From NCBI GenBank assembly GCA_013265495.1, contig MU058482.1:158962-222961 (forward strand): 64,000 nt of DNA. The letters are read 5' to 3'. Within the stretch, counting starts at the first letter, position 1; each line of letters begins with the position of its first letter. Of this stretch, positions 24,341 to 36,500 are shown one piece after another. Under the pieces are notes generated by a model. It was given only the letters and a program-made list of their open reading frames with translations. It did no database searches and had not been told where the DNA came from. This DNA comes from Vicugna vicugna. Its lineage: Eukaryota. Position numbers and translations under genes: made by a program.

Positions 24341-26390
24341 AGGCGTGTGGAATGGGAGCAATTATTGTTGTGGCTAACCCTGGAAACAGCCTACCGCAGC
24401 AGATAGGAGGAAAGGTCAAGAAATGTAGTGTGTGCAGCACTCATCTACTCACAACTAGGCTTATACTCTTGAGTAGAAGAGGTCTGGGTAAGATTCCTTC
24501 CTCCTCTCTGCACTGCTCAGGGTTGTTGCGTGCAGACTGGCTAAGCGTGGGCAGACAAGGAAGTGGTAGTTTTCTTTTGAGCTGAAAACTGGTCTTGAGG
24601 AGTCTAAAAAACTCCCTCTATAAGCAAATCATGCCAAGTGGCCCTCCTGTGTTCCTGAAATTTGCCCAATTTACTACTGTAATAATTTATCCAAAGTGAG
24701 TGTGAAAGCAAAGACTTCTGGGAGCTGCCCTTGGTTTGGCTGACTTTCAGGAGTACCTGTCTTTCTTCTTTGGCTTCCTCTGTGGGTGAGAGGCAGCAAT
24801 CCAGGCTTTAGGGATCTCAAATTCTACCAGAGAATGAATCTCTTCCACTAGAGAATCCTTCTTTTCCTAGACAAAAATGCTTATAAGTTTAGGAGTTGAC
24901 CTGCAGAACTGTGTCTTTAAAATGAATCAGCTCCCTTCATCTTCTGTGAAGCTGTATCCATTACTTTCTTTCTCCCCCAAGGCTATTTAATTTTACTGCT
25001 ATATAATTTCTATATATTTAATTTCTATTTTTTAAGGACCTTGAAAGTAACAGTGATTTTATAGCAGGTGAGGGATTCAGATTTGTGGACAGTTCTATAA
25101 CTGGGATTATCCTACTTCAGTTAATAATACATGAGTCTAAACATAGAGCCACATGGGATAGATCCCAAATGAAAGTGCAAAAGCATCTCTTGAGGGTAGT
25201 TGCTAGAGCCAGGTTATTAAAGGAAGCAAAACCCCTTAGGTAGAGCAGTCTCTTCAAGGATCTTCCATGATCTCACATCAGCCAACTTTGCCAAGAGTAT
25301 TTCTGCTCAGAAAGATAGCTTTTTGTTTCTAATTAAGTATAATCCTGAGATTTAAATGTCCAGAGATGCTCATACGAACTCATATTCATTTCTGTGTCCT
25401 CTACTTTAACACTCATATATAAAGGTACACATCTCAAAAGAGTGTAAATTACCTATTTGGTAAATCAAATACAGAAAATGAGGTGGAAATTAGTATTTTT
25501 ATCACTATTAAGTCTCCACAGTACATAGCACATAGTAGTCACTCAGTAAATATTTGCTGCATAAATGAATGGAACTGTCATATTCCAATACACATACAAT
25601 TTTCTTTTCAGTAGCACCCCTTCATATTCACCCCTTCCTTTCTGTCACTATCCATAGACAGCTTCTGAGTTAAAGGTGCTGTCATCAAACACTTAGTTAC
25701 AATATGCTGCTAACCATTTTCCCTTTCTCTAAACTTTTGTTCCCAATCTCAACAGGAACACAAGATTAATCTTAAAACCTTCCCTATCCACAAACCCTAA
25801 AATGTTACCTGTTGTTCTATTCTGAACAAATTACAAGCTCTTTACTCAGGTAACACGTACCTTTTGCAATCTGGCCTCAATTTTGGAAGCATAAATATCC
25901 TCCCAAATCCCCAACTATAATTTTCTATGTTCTAGTGAAATTAATCTGGATCAGTATGGCATACATTGTGCTTTCCTACCTGTAGTATAGACCTTTGCTT
26001 TTATCATGTTCTTAACCTGGAATTCTCTCCTGTAGCTTTACCTACTGAAGCCCTAGCTGTCACTTCAGGCTTTAACATTGATGTCACCTTCTTTCCAATG
26101 CCTTCCTGTGTCATCTAGGTTTGGAGTCCTCCTCTTCTTTGCAAGTATGTTTTTTTGTGATTATGCTCATGCTGCCTTATGCTGTAAAGACAGTCCAGTT
26201 TTAATAAGCTGGGTCTTAGCTCCTTTACCAGACAAGAAACTCTTTGAAAACAGAAGCCATGCCTTCTCAAGCTGTTCGTTCTGATACAGGGTTTGGCACC
26301 CTGTAAACCTGGTAAATCAGTGGCTCCCAAATGCTTCTATTCAGAGGACCCCATTTAAAACAAAACAAAACTTTTGTATTTAAGTTTACT

Positions 26391-26413
26391 ACACACACAC
26401 ACACACACACACA
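26391..26413. repeat. (AC)n microsatellite
   Basis: Read directly from the sequence. Confidence 0.85.
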
Positions 26414-26799
26414 CGCACATATCAAAATGTTTGGCTCAGTTCTCACAAACAACGTACTCATGCAACCAGCTTCCGGAATAAGAAGCACAATGTACCAGAA
26501 CCTCAAAAGCCCCCTTATGAGGGCTCTATTTAAATGTATTACACACGATACTTGTACATTTGGTATAAATAAGAAAAGTGAGAATACATATTTGTAGACT
26601 TCTTGTAATATCTCTGTTCTGTCAGCCCTTCTCACTCAAAGAAGCGATCGTAATGGCTATATCTTTGTAAACAAATGCACAGAAACAGGAAACTACATCT
26701 TCGGTAAAAAAGTTATGTTAGTATCAGACTGTCGAAAGGAATTAGTGACCCTTCATTTAAAAAATCTGGATTACAAGGGCTGCTTTACGAGTACAATCT

Positions 26800-27530
26800 C
26801 AAAATGATTGAACTGTCAGGACTCGTTTCCTAATATTCAACATGGCCGCATGCGCATCTTTAAGCAACATGGCCGCTCTGCCAGGCACCAACATGGCAAC
26901 CACAGCCTCACCGCACCAGGAAGCGTGAAGGAGCCCCCGTAAAAACATAGCCGCCGTCCTGCCAATACTTAAGGTGGCTCTCAGTTCAGCTTCAAAGCGA
27001 GAGCGAAACCGGAAGTGGTTTTCAGTCTCGAGCATCTCCCAGGATCTCTTTCCGGTTAGCCTGTAGGGTGCCTGCGTGAGAACTGGGTGTTTCTTGGAGC
27101 TAGGGCTGGGAGGTGCTAGCCTGCTGCACCTTCTTCCAGACGTGAACCGGCTGAGACTAAAATGTCGGACACGTGGAGCTCGATCCAGGCCCACAAAAAG
27201 CAGCTGGACTCGCTGCGGGAGAGGCTGCAGCGGAGGCGGAAGCAGGACTCGGGGCACTTGGGTGAGGTGTGGGGCTGCTGGGGCCGATGCTTAGCCGGAG
27301 TGGGTGGGAGGGAACCCGGGAGAAAGACACAGCTCCCGAGTCGGTGCCTTTCCCCAGACGGCCATTTCATTAACGCTTCATACATTGGTGCTCTTGTCCC
27401 CGTTAGCAGTACAGACGCTTCGCCCTCCTGCAAGTAGTCGCGGTTCCTTCCCAACCTAGGCCCTGGTTCCTCCCGTTGGTTCACGTTCCCGGTACGGAAC
27501 ACACCCCCACCCTGCCCTCCGGCCCGCCGG
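26800..27530 (+). promoter_or_regulatory. METTL3: METTL3 CpG-island promoter with YY1-like, NRF1-like and ETS motifs
   Basis: CAACATGGC at 26838, 26865 and 26889; GCATGCGCAT at 26848; CCGGAAGTG near 27009; CpG-rich sequence spanning exon 1. Confidence 0.7.
27162..27261 (+). CDS. METTL3: METTL3 exon 1 (coding part)
   Basis: MSDTWSS...DSGHL; donor G|GTGAGG. Confidence 0.95.
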
Positions 27531-30500
27531 CATCTGGTTGACTCCTCTTTTAAGCCCATGAGAAATGTCCCGTTTGCTCAGCCTTTCGGCCCCCTATCCC
27601 TCGAAGCTGCAAGTCCCTTTTTTTGGTTACTCCCATGGCACTTTGTTCCTCCCTTGGTTATAGCAGTTGCTTTGTAGTGGTCATTTCTTTGAGGCTGTGG
27701 GCGCCGTGAGAGCAAGTACCGAACCTTTATATCCAGTGCCCAGCTCAGTGGCCCTCACAGAGCTGGCACTCGGTGTTGCTAAATGGGTAGAGAAACAGGT
27801 GTTGTTTTGTTTTTTTTTTTTTACATACTGAACAGGAATCTGAAAACTTTTGTTTTTAAACTTTCTCTCCCGTCTTGTCCCTATGTCACAGTCGTAAAAC
27901 TTGAAGGAACCTAAAAAGATTGTCACGTGCTACCCATACCACATTCCCAGCACAAAGCCCTGAATTATCTAAAGCAAATCGCTTAAAGATCTACAAGAAT
28001 AGTGAATAGATTATAAATCTTTTCATTAGATTTACCAGTTTATCAGTAGATTGCAGTCCATCTCTAAATCTTGTGTTGCACTTACATCCTGACCCCTGGA
28101 ACTAGAAGATGCCCAGGCAAGACTCTTATAGCATAATAAATAAACATCTATTGAGTATCTGCAGTGTACATGACTCTAGTTAGACACAAGTAATTAAGAC
28201 AGTGTCCCTGCCCTCAAAGATTTTAAAATTTAGTTGAGAATAAAGGATTGATGCTTCTAAAAAGTCAGAAATACAATGTGATGTATATAAAATGCCAAAT
28301 GAATGATTCCACAATGAGTACAGTGAAAGAAGTAACAAGAGTCAGTTTAGTCAGTGAAGGCATAATGGAAGAGCTGGCACTTGGAAGTTGGTCTTGATGG
28401 CTGTACAGGACTTAGATAATTTAAGAGAAGGTAAGAGGGCAGGGTAAGTAGAGGAAGAAGTGCAAGTCATATGATCAGGGATTAATTAGTAGAAGTTCCA
28501 CTTCACTTTTCCATGATATTAAGCACACTTTGGTATTAACCAAACTTTGTGCAATTTGCAAATCTAATCACTAGAGCCTGAATACTCCATTAAGATCCTT
28601 GCTAAGTATGTTTAATAATTTTGACAAGATTTATTTTCCTTTGAATGTAAATATTATTTTTTGGATTAAATATCTCTCATATGTCCATTTAATAAGATAT
28701 GGTTAAGACGTCTGATACATCCACTTAATAATACAGTTAAGAGTGCATAAAATTTTTTTTGAGGTTATATATATGTACACATATATATTGTCTTCTGGCC
28801 CAGAACTTTGGCCCATTTGGTAATGAGGAAAGGTAGAAATGAAACCCACAAATTAAACCAGTCTGTTACTGTTTTTCCTTTCAATTATTTTCGTTATTCC
28901 AAAGAATATATTTCCTTAAGGGTTAGGATTCTTAGGAAAGCATCGTGAAACGTTTTATTAATTTATCATGTAAGATGTAACCAAAGTCTTGATAAAAGTT
29001 CGGATCATTCAGTTTTTTTTTAATATGTTTTATTTATTTTATTTTATTTTTTATTTTTTTTAACATTTTTTATTGATTTATAATCATTTTACAATGTTGG
29101 GTCAAATTCCAGTGTTCATCACAATTTTTCAGTCATTCATGGACATATACACAATCATTGTCACATTTTTTTCTCTGTGATTTATCATAACATTTTGTAT
29201 ATATTTCCCTGTGCTATACAGTGTAATCTTGTTTATCTATTCTACAATTTTGAAATCCCAGTCTATCCCTTTTTAATATGTTTTGATTGAAGTATAGTAA
29301 GTTTACAATGTTGTGTCAATTTCTGGTATACAGCACAATACTTCAGTCATATAGAAACGTACATATATATATTCATTTTCATATTCTTTTTCACCATAAG
29401 TTACTACAACATATTGAATATAGTTACCTGTGCTATACAGTATAAACTTGTTTATCTATTTTATATATGTTAGTATCTGCAGTTTTTTAAAATTAGTTTT
29501 TCTTTTTTAAACTCATACATATATTCTCTTTTTTTGGGGGGGTAATTAGGTTTTTTTAACTTATTTTTTTAGAGGAGGTACTGGGGATTGAACCCAGGAC
29601 CTCATGCATGTTAAGCAAGCACTCTACCACTTGAGCTATACTTGCCCCCCCTTTTTTAAAATTCAGTTCTTTTCTTGCGGGAAATAAAATTTTCTTACCA
29701 CATCTGTATTTTTAATAGCATTATTGAAATCTGATAATTGTTTACTATTGAGCTCAATGTTAAAAGACAAGAATATTAAATAAATTAGAATGTATCCACG
29801 TCATTATTGAATGCAAAATACTATGGACAAAGTCATTGGGAGACCTTTCTTAGCTTGGTATTTTTAAAGTATAACTTTTTTTTCAATTGTAGCAAAATAC
29901 ATGTCACATAAAATTTACCCTCTTAACCGTTTTTAGATGTATAGTTGATAGTGTGATGTATATTCACACTGTTGTGCAACCAATCTCCAGAATTTTCTTG
30001 TCTTGTAAAACTTTCTCTACCCATTAACCCATAACTCCCTATTCTTCCTCCCAGTCCCAGGCAGCTGCCCGTTCTATTTTGTTTCTGTGGGTTTGACGAC
30101 TATAGATACCTTGTGTAAATGGAATCATAGAGTATTTGTGACTGGTTTATTTTACTTAGCAGGTCCTCAAGGTTCATCCATGTTGTAGCAAGTGTCAGGT
30201 TTTCCTTCCTTTCTAAAGCTGAATGAAGTTCCATTGTATGTCTGTGCCACATTTTGTATATCCACTTATCCGTTGGTGGATACTCGGGTTGCTTCCACCT
30301 TTTGGCTATTGTGAGTAATGCTGCTGTGAACACGGGTGTACAAATATCTCTTCAAGACACTATTTTCAGCTTTTTTTTTTTTTTGGATCTATAACCAGAT
30401 ATAGAATTGCTGGATCCTACGGTAATTCTATTTCAGTTTTTTAAGGAACCAGCATACTGTTCTCCATAGACTAAAGCACAACTTTTTGAAATGAAGATTA

Positions 30501-33500
30501 TTACTTTCAATAAATATTTATTTCATTTTAATGGAAACAAAATACACTTGGCCAGGCTTGGCCCATGGTAAATATATGAACTGCTCAATATATTTTGTCA
30601 GTGGGATTAAAGGTGTGAATATAAATATTGATATATTTGTCTTCAAGCTAGTATTTTGTTTATCTCCAATGGAGATCTTAACCAAAGAATAAACTCAAGT
30701 GTTAGGTATTACTTTGCTGACCCAACACATTAAATTTTTCATTAGATTAGAAGCAGAGTGTCATCATACTTACCGGCATAATGGAAGCACTCAGTAACTG
30801 TGTTGAATTAATAACTGAACAAATACTTTCTGAAGCAGTTGGAACTACAGGGATTCCTAATGATTTTCTGCCAGTAACCCATTTGAAGAATGATAAAACA
30901 TTGGAGTTTGTCCCCCAAATTTGTATATACATGAACAAATTTGCATGTACATGAACAAATTTGCATGTGACTTCAGGGAATTCAGAGTGAGGCTAAAGCC
31001 CATCTATAAATAACAGTTGCATCAATCAACTGTTAAATTTTGTTCACAGTATTAAACATGAGCTCCCCCTCCCAATAACGTTAAAAGACATATTTTCAGC
31101 TCCAGTGTCCTGAATGTCACTAAAAGAATACCCCCAGGAGGTGTTACTAACACAAGGATTTATAAGCAGAATCACATTACCAGGCTGTTTTTTTAAAGAG
31201 CTATATTAAAACAAATGATTAGTCAGGTTACCAAAGAGAAAAAAATTGTCAGTATCCAGTTCTACGGATTGAAAATGTATGTAAAGTGCTTCTTTTCATA
31301 AACTTCTTCTTTCTTTAAGAAAAACTATACATGACACAACATATAAATTTAGTTACTAACCAGACAAAATGAAAACTCTAAGAAGGAGAAATATTTATAT
31401 TACATTCTTGGTAGTATTAGTCAGTTAATTATAAAAAGTACATTTTCTGCTTAATTGGAGCAAAGTCAATGCTTTTACTCACTGAGATAATGTCTGTTAG
31501 GGTGTTTAAAGTCTGGATGAAAAATGTGTAATAATACATTTTAGAAATAGCAGATAACATTTGTGTGAAAATTTGGGTAGAGTGTTCAGGTGGTAGAAAA
31601 TGACAGCATTAATATCTAACCAAATTTATATAGTGTTATTTTAAATTTGATAATAGAAAATGTGACAGTGTCAAGTAGATTACTTTTTTCTCTGGACTTT
31701 GTTTAAAATAAATTTTATAGACAAAATGTTTATCAAAGAAATAATGTAGAATTATTGCATATTTAAGCCAAGTGTCCCAAGAACCGTTATGTGGCAGTAA
31801 TGAAAAGTAATGTGGCAGTAATGAAAATAATGTGGCAGTGAATAAGATGGTATGTTTGGTATGTTCCCAAATAGAATCTGTATTAGATTACATTAACAAG
31901 AATGTTTCTGAATTGAATATTTGAAATCATGGAAAATGCTTAGTAACTTGACGTTTATTTTAATCAGTAACAACACTTTCATTTTCTGTTAAGTCACATG
32001 GGCAAGAAACAAGCAAAATATGCAAAATCATAACATAGAAATGACCAGCAGGTATATGAAAACACGCTCAACATCACTAATCATCAGGGAAATGCAAATC
32101 AAAACCACAGTGAAATACCACTTCAAACTTGTTAGAATGGCTGTTATTAAAAAGTTGAAAGATAGCAAATGTTGGCAAGGAAAAAAGGGAACCCTGATTC
32201 ACTACTGGTGGGAATGTAGATTGCTATAGCCATCATGGAGAATAGTATGGATGTGCCTCAACAAGTGAAAAATAGAACTACCATATGATCCAGCAAATCC
32301 ACATCTAGGAATTCAAAGGAATTGAAATCAGCATCTCAAAGAGTGTTACTTACAATAGGCAAGATTTGGAAACAACTTAAATGTCCATCGATGGATGAAT
32401 GGATCAAGAAAATGTGGAATATACATACAATGGAATATTTTTCAGCCATGAAAAGAGGGAAATCTTGCCATTTGTGACAACATGGGTGGATCTGGAGGAC
32501 ATTATGATAAGTGAAATAAGTCAGACACAGCAAGACAAATACTATATGGTCTCACTTAGATCATATTTGAGATGTGGAGTCTAAAATAGTCAGTGTCATA
32601 GAAGTGGAGAGTAGAATGGTGATTGCCAGGGGCTGGGGAAGTGGGAAATGGGGAGTTGATGGTAAAAGGGTATAGAGTTTCAGTTATGCAAGATAAACAA
32701 GTTCTGGAGATCTATTACACAGTCTAGTGCCTATAGCTAACAATACTGTATTATATACTTAAAATTTTCTAAGAGGGTAGAGCTTACATTAAGTGGTCTT
32801 ACCATACACACAAAACTAATAATAAAGGCAGCAGAAGGAAACGTTTGGAAGTTTATAGATATGTCTGTGGCCTTGATGGTGGTGGTGGTTTTATGAGTGT
32901 GTATACTATCTCCAAACTCACTGAGTTGTATATATATATAGCTTCATACATGTCAATCATAACTCAATAAAGTGATTAAAAAAGAGATAATAAGGATTGT
33001 CTATAAGAAGTTTAGGCCTTTATTGGCAAGATAAAACTCATACTAATGACAATGAAATATTAGTAGGTGCCTGACAAAGTTTGAATATAAATTAAGGGAG
33101 GGGTAGTAATTTATGGCTTATCTAAAACTATGAGTTTCAAAACTGTACAACAAAGTAAAGGATCTATATGTTGACTACCTGTTTATCTACATCTTTCTTT
33201 AGCCCCTATTTACATTATCAAACATTTTAGTTTAATAGTTTGTATGATTTACTCCCTTTAGCATACTTCTTGAGTTAAAATGGTCAAAATATAATGTACA
33301 AAACAGTTTGTGGATGTAATGCTTGAAATCCTAAACCCCATTCTAAACCCCACTACTGGCATTTTTTACACCCTCTGATGTCCAGTGGCTTTAATTAATT
33401 AAAGTTCAAACTCCATTTGTCAAAAAGATCTGATCACAGCTTAGGTTGTTGAAAATATTCCTGACTTATGAATTCAGGTGATTTTATCAGTTGTCATTTA

Positions 33501-36500
33501 GAGTGACGGAAGGGAGGTGGCATGGACATTTACAGGTACCATGCTGCTAATTTATTTCCTTTGAAGCTCAGCAAGGAAAGAGATTAGGAAAACACCTCTC
33601 AGCCAACAGAGAAGAGGAAAGCAGTTCCCAGAAAATTCAGGATTATCTGGGCAAAGTAGTGAATGCTGGTATGTATGACTGAGGAAAGGGTATCTATCTA
33701 GTGCTAAACTTGGTCAGAGAATTTCCTGCATGAGATGAAAGCACCATATGTTGTGAATGCTGGGGAATTTGACTACTGAGGAATGTATAGATTGCCAGTG
33801 GTTGCCCTTTTTCATTTTCACTTCTCTTCACTCCTAGATCTTCGGAATCCGGAGGCAGCACTGTCACCAACCTTCCGTAGTGACAGCCCAGTGCCTGCTG
33901 CACCCACTTCTGGGGGCCCCAAGCCCAGCACAGCTTCAGCAGTTCCTGAACTGGCTACAGACCCTGAATTAGAGAAGAAGTTGCTACACCACCTCTCTGA
34001 TCTGGCACTAACATTGCCCACTGATGCTGTGTCCATCCGTCTTGCCATCTCCACGGTAATGACCAGATAGGACAAGGTTGGGAACTACCACTGTTTTTCT
34101 TCAGTTCGTGGTCAGTGTCTTATTGCTTTCCCCCCCCCGCCTCCCCCCAACCCCTCTTCCTTAGCCAGATGCCCCTGCCACTCAGGATGGGGTGGAAAGC
34201 CTCCTACAGAAGTTTGCAGCTCAGGAGTTGATTGAGGTAAAGCGAGGTCTCCTGCAAGATGATGCACATCCCACTCTGGTGACCTACGCTGATCATTCCA
34301 AGCTCTCTGCTATGATGGGCGCTGTGGCAGAAAAGAAGGGCCCGGGGGAGGTAGCAGGGACTATCACAGGGCAGAAGCGGCGTGCAGAGCAGGACTCGAC
34401 CACAGTAGCTGCCTTTGCTAGCTCTTTGGCCTCTAGTCTGGCCTCTTCAGCATCAGAAGTCGCCAAGGAGCCAACCAAGAAATCAAGGAAACATGCTGCC
34501 TCAGATGTTGATCTGGAGATAGAGAGTCTTCTGAACCAACAGTCTACTAAGGAACAACAGAGCAAGAAGGTAGGGGTAGATGGAAATGCTTTCACATATA
34601 TACTCTGAATTATAGCTTTGGTTGGGAGGGATTTACCCCTAGGGCAAGGAACAATTCTTAGGATTGAAGGTTTAGAGCAGTGGTTCTCAACTGAGGAGGA
34701 TTATACACCCACTCCCAGCCCCAGAGGACATTTGGCACTGGAGACATTTCTGGTTGTCACAACGCAGGGGAATGCTACAGGCTTGCAGTGGGTAGAGGCA
34801 AGGGATGCTGCAAACCACCCACACACGAAAGAATTATCTGGCCCAAAATGTCAATGATGCACCAAAGTTGAGAAACTCTGATTTAGTACATCTTTTTCAT
34901 TTGATATGTTTGGAAGAATCATCAGATAGGGAAGAGGAGCCCAAATAGAGAAATAGAGGGAGATGAATACTGGAAGATAGTCATATGGGCCAGTAAATAT
35001 ATGAATTGATTATACAATGTGAAATGGCAGTCTGGTGGTTCTGAGTATAAATAACTGGACCCACATGCGTTCTCCATTTCCTACTTCTAGCTGTGTGAAT
35101 TTGAACAAGTTAATAAACTTCTCTTGAGCCTGTCTTCTCATCTGGGAGGATAACCAGAGTACCTCTCCTTAGAGAATTGTTGCATCGGCTCTGAGCTAAA
35201 CAGTAACGTGCTTAGCACTGTGCCTTGGTTGAATACCTCATAAGTAGAAGTGGTTTTCCTGGGGAGGGGAGTTTAGCTTAATGCTTAGCAGTAGGAACTA
35301 GTCTTCTTATATTTTAATCCTATCCCAAATGCAGGTTTGTGAGAAAGGGCTAAACCTATGACAGATCTCCTAGGGCTCCAGTTTTCCCAAATTAACTTAT
35401 TTCATTGACCTCTCATAGGACATTGATGTCCAGCAGAATTTACAGAGGTAACAGTTTAAGGGCTAATTTTATCTACAAACCTTTTTAATTCTAAGGCTGC
35501 TTCTGTCACAGGTTAGTCAGGAAATCCTAGAGCTATTAAATACTACAACAGCCAAGGAGCAATCCATTGTTGAAAAGTTCCGCTCACGAGGTCGGGCCCA
35601 AGTGCAAGAGTTCTGTGACTATGGAACGAAAGAGGAGTGCATGAAAGCCAGTGATGCTGACCGGCCCTGTCGCAAACTGCACTTCAGGTCTCTTGGGAGG
35701 GAAGGGGTTGGGATGGGTCTCCTAGAAGCAGTCATTATTTGTAAGTGCACTCCTTCCAGTCTGAGATTGTCTTCAATCTTATTAAATGGTTTTAATATGA
35801 TTTGTCTAAGACCTCCAGATTTTAAAGGTGCATTTTCAGATGTAGTGTTCTGTGTATTCACAGACGGCACTCCGCAAAAAAGTGAGATTGAAAAAAAACA
35901 AACGCCCCTCTCTTCTTGCAATAGCAAGACATCTGTGTCTCTGAGCCCCAGTCAAAGTGAAAGTTCTCTAGAAGGAGGAGGATCTTAGTAGAAACAGGAA
36001 CCTGGGCTCTTAGGTCAATGCCTTTTTTCTGCTCTAAGTAGTAAGCCCTTCCTGTCATAACAGAAGGCGGTTAAGTCTTAGTTAAGAGAGGAATTAAAAT
36101 AAAAACTCTTCAGTGTAAATTACAGATTCTAGTGTCACCTGCCTGCCTTCTCTGAAAACTCTTGGAGGTAGCTCTAATGATAGTGCAAGACCAGAAATTT
36201 TGCAACAATTTGGAACTTGAACTGTGACATCTAACTCTGGAACACCATATTGATTCCATTTCTCCTTTTATTTCCCCAGACGAATCATCAATAAACACAC
36301 TGATGAGTCATTAGGTGACTGCTCTTTCCTTAACACATGCTTCCATATGGATACCTGCAAATATGTTCACTATGAAATTGATGCTTGCATGGATTCTGAG
36401 GCTCCTGGAAGCAAAGACCACACACCAAGCCAGGAGCTTGCCCTTACACAGAGCGTTGGAGGTGACTCCAGTGCAGATCGACTCTTCCCACCTCAGGTAC

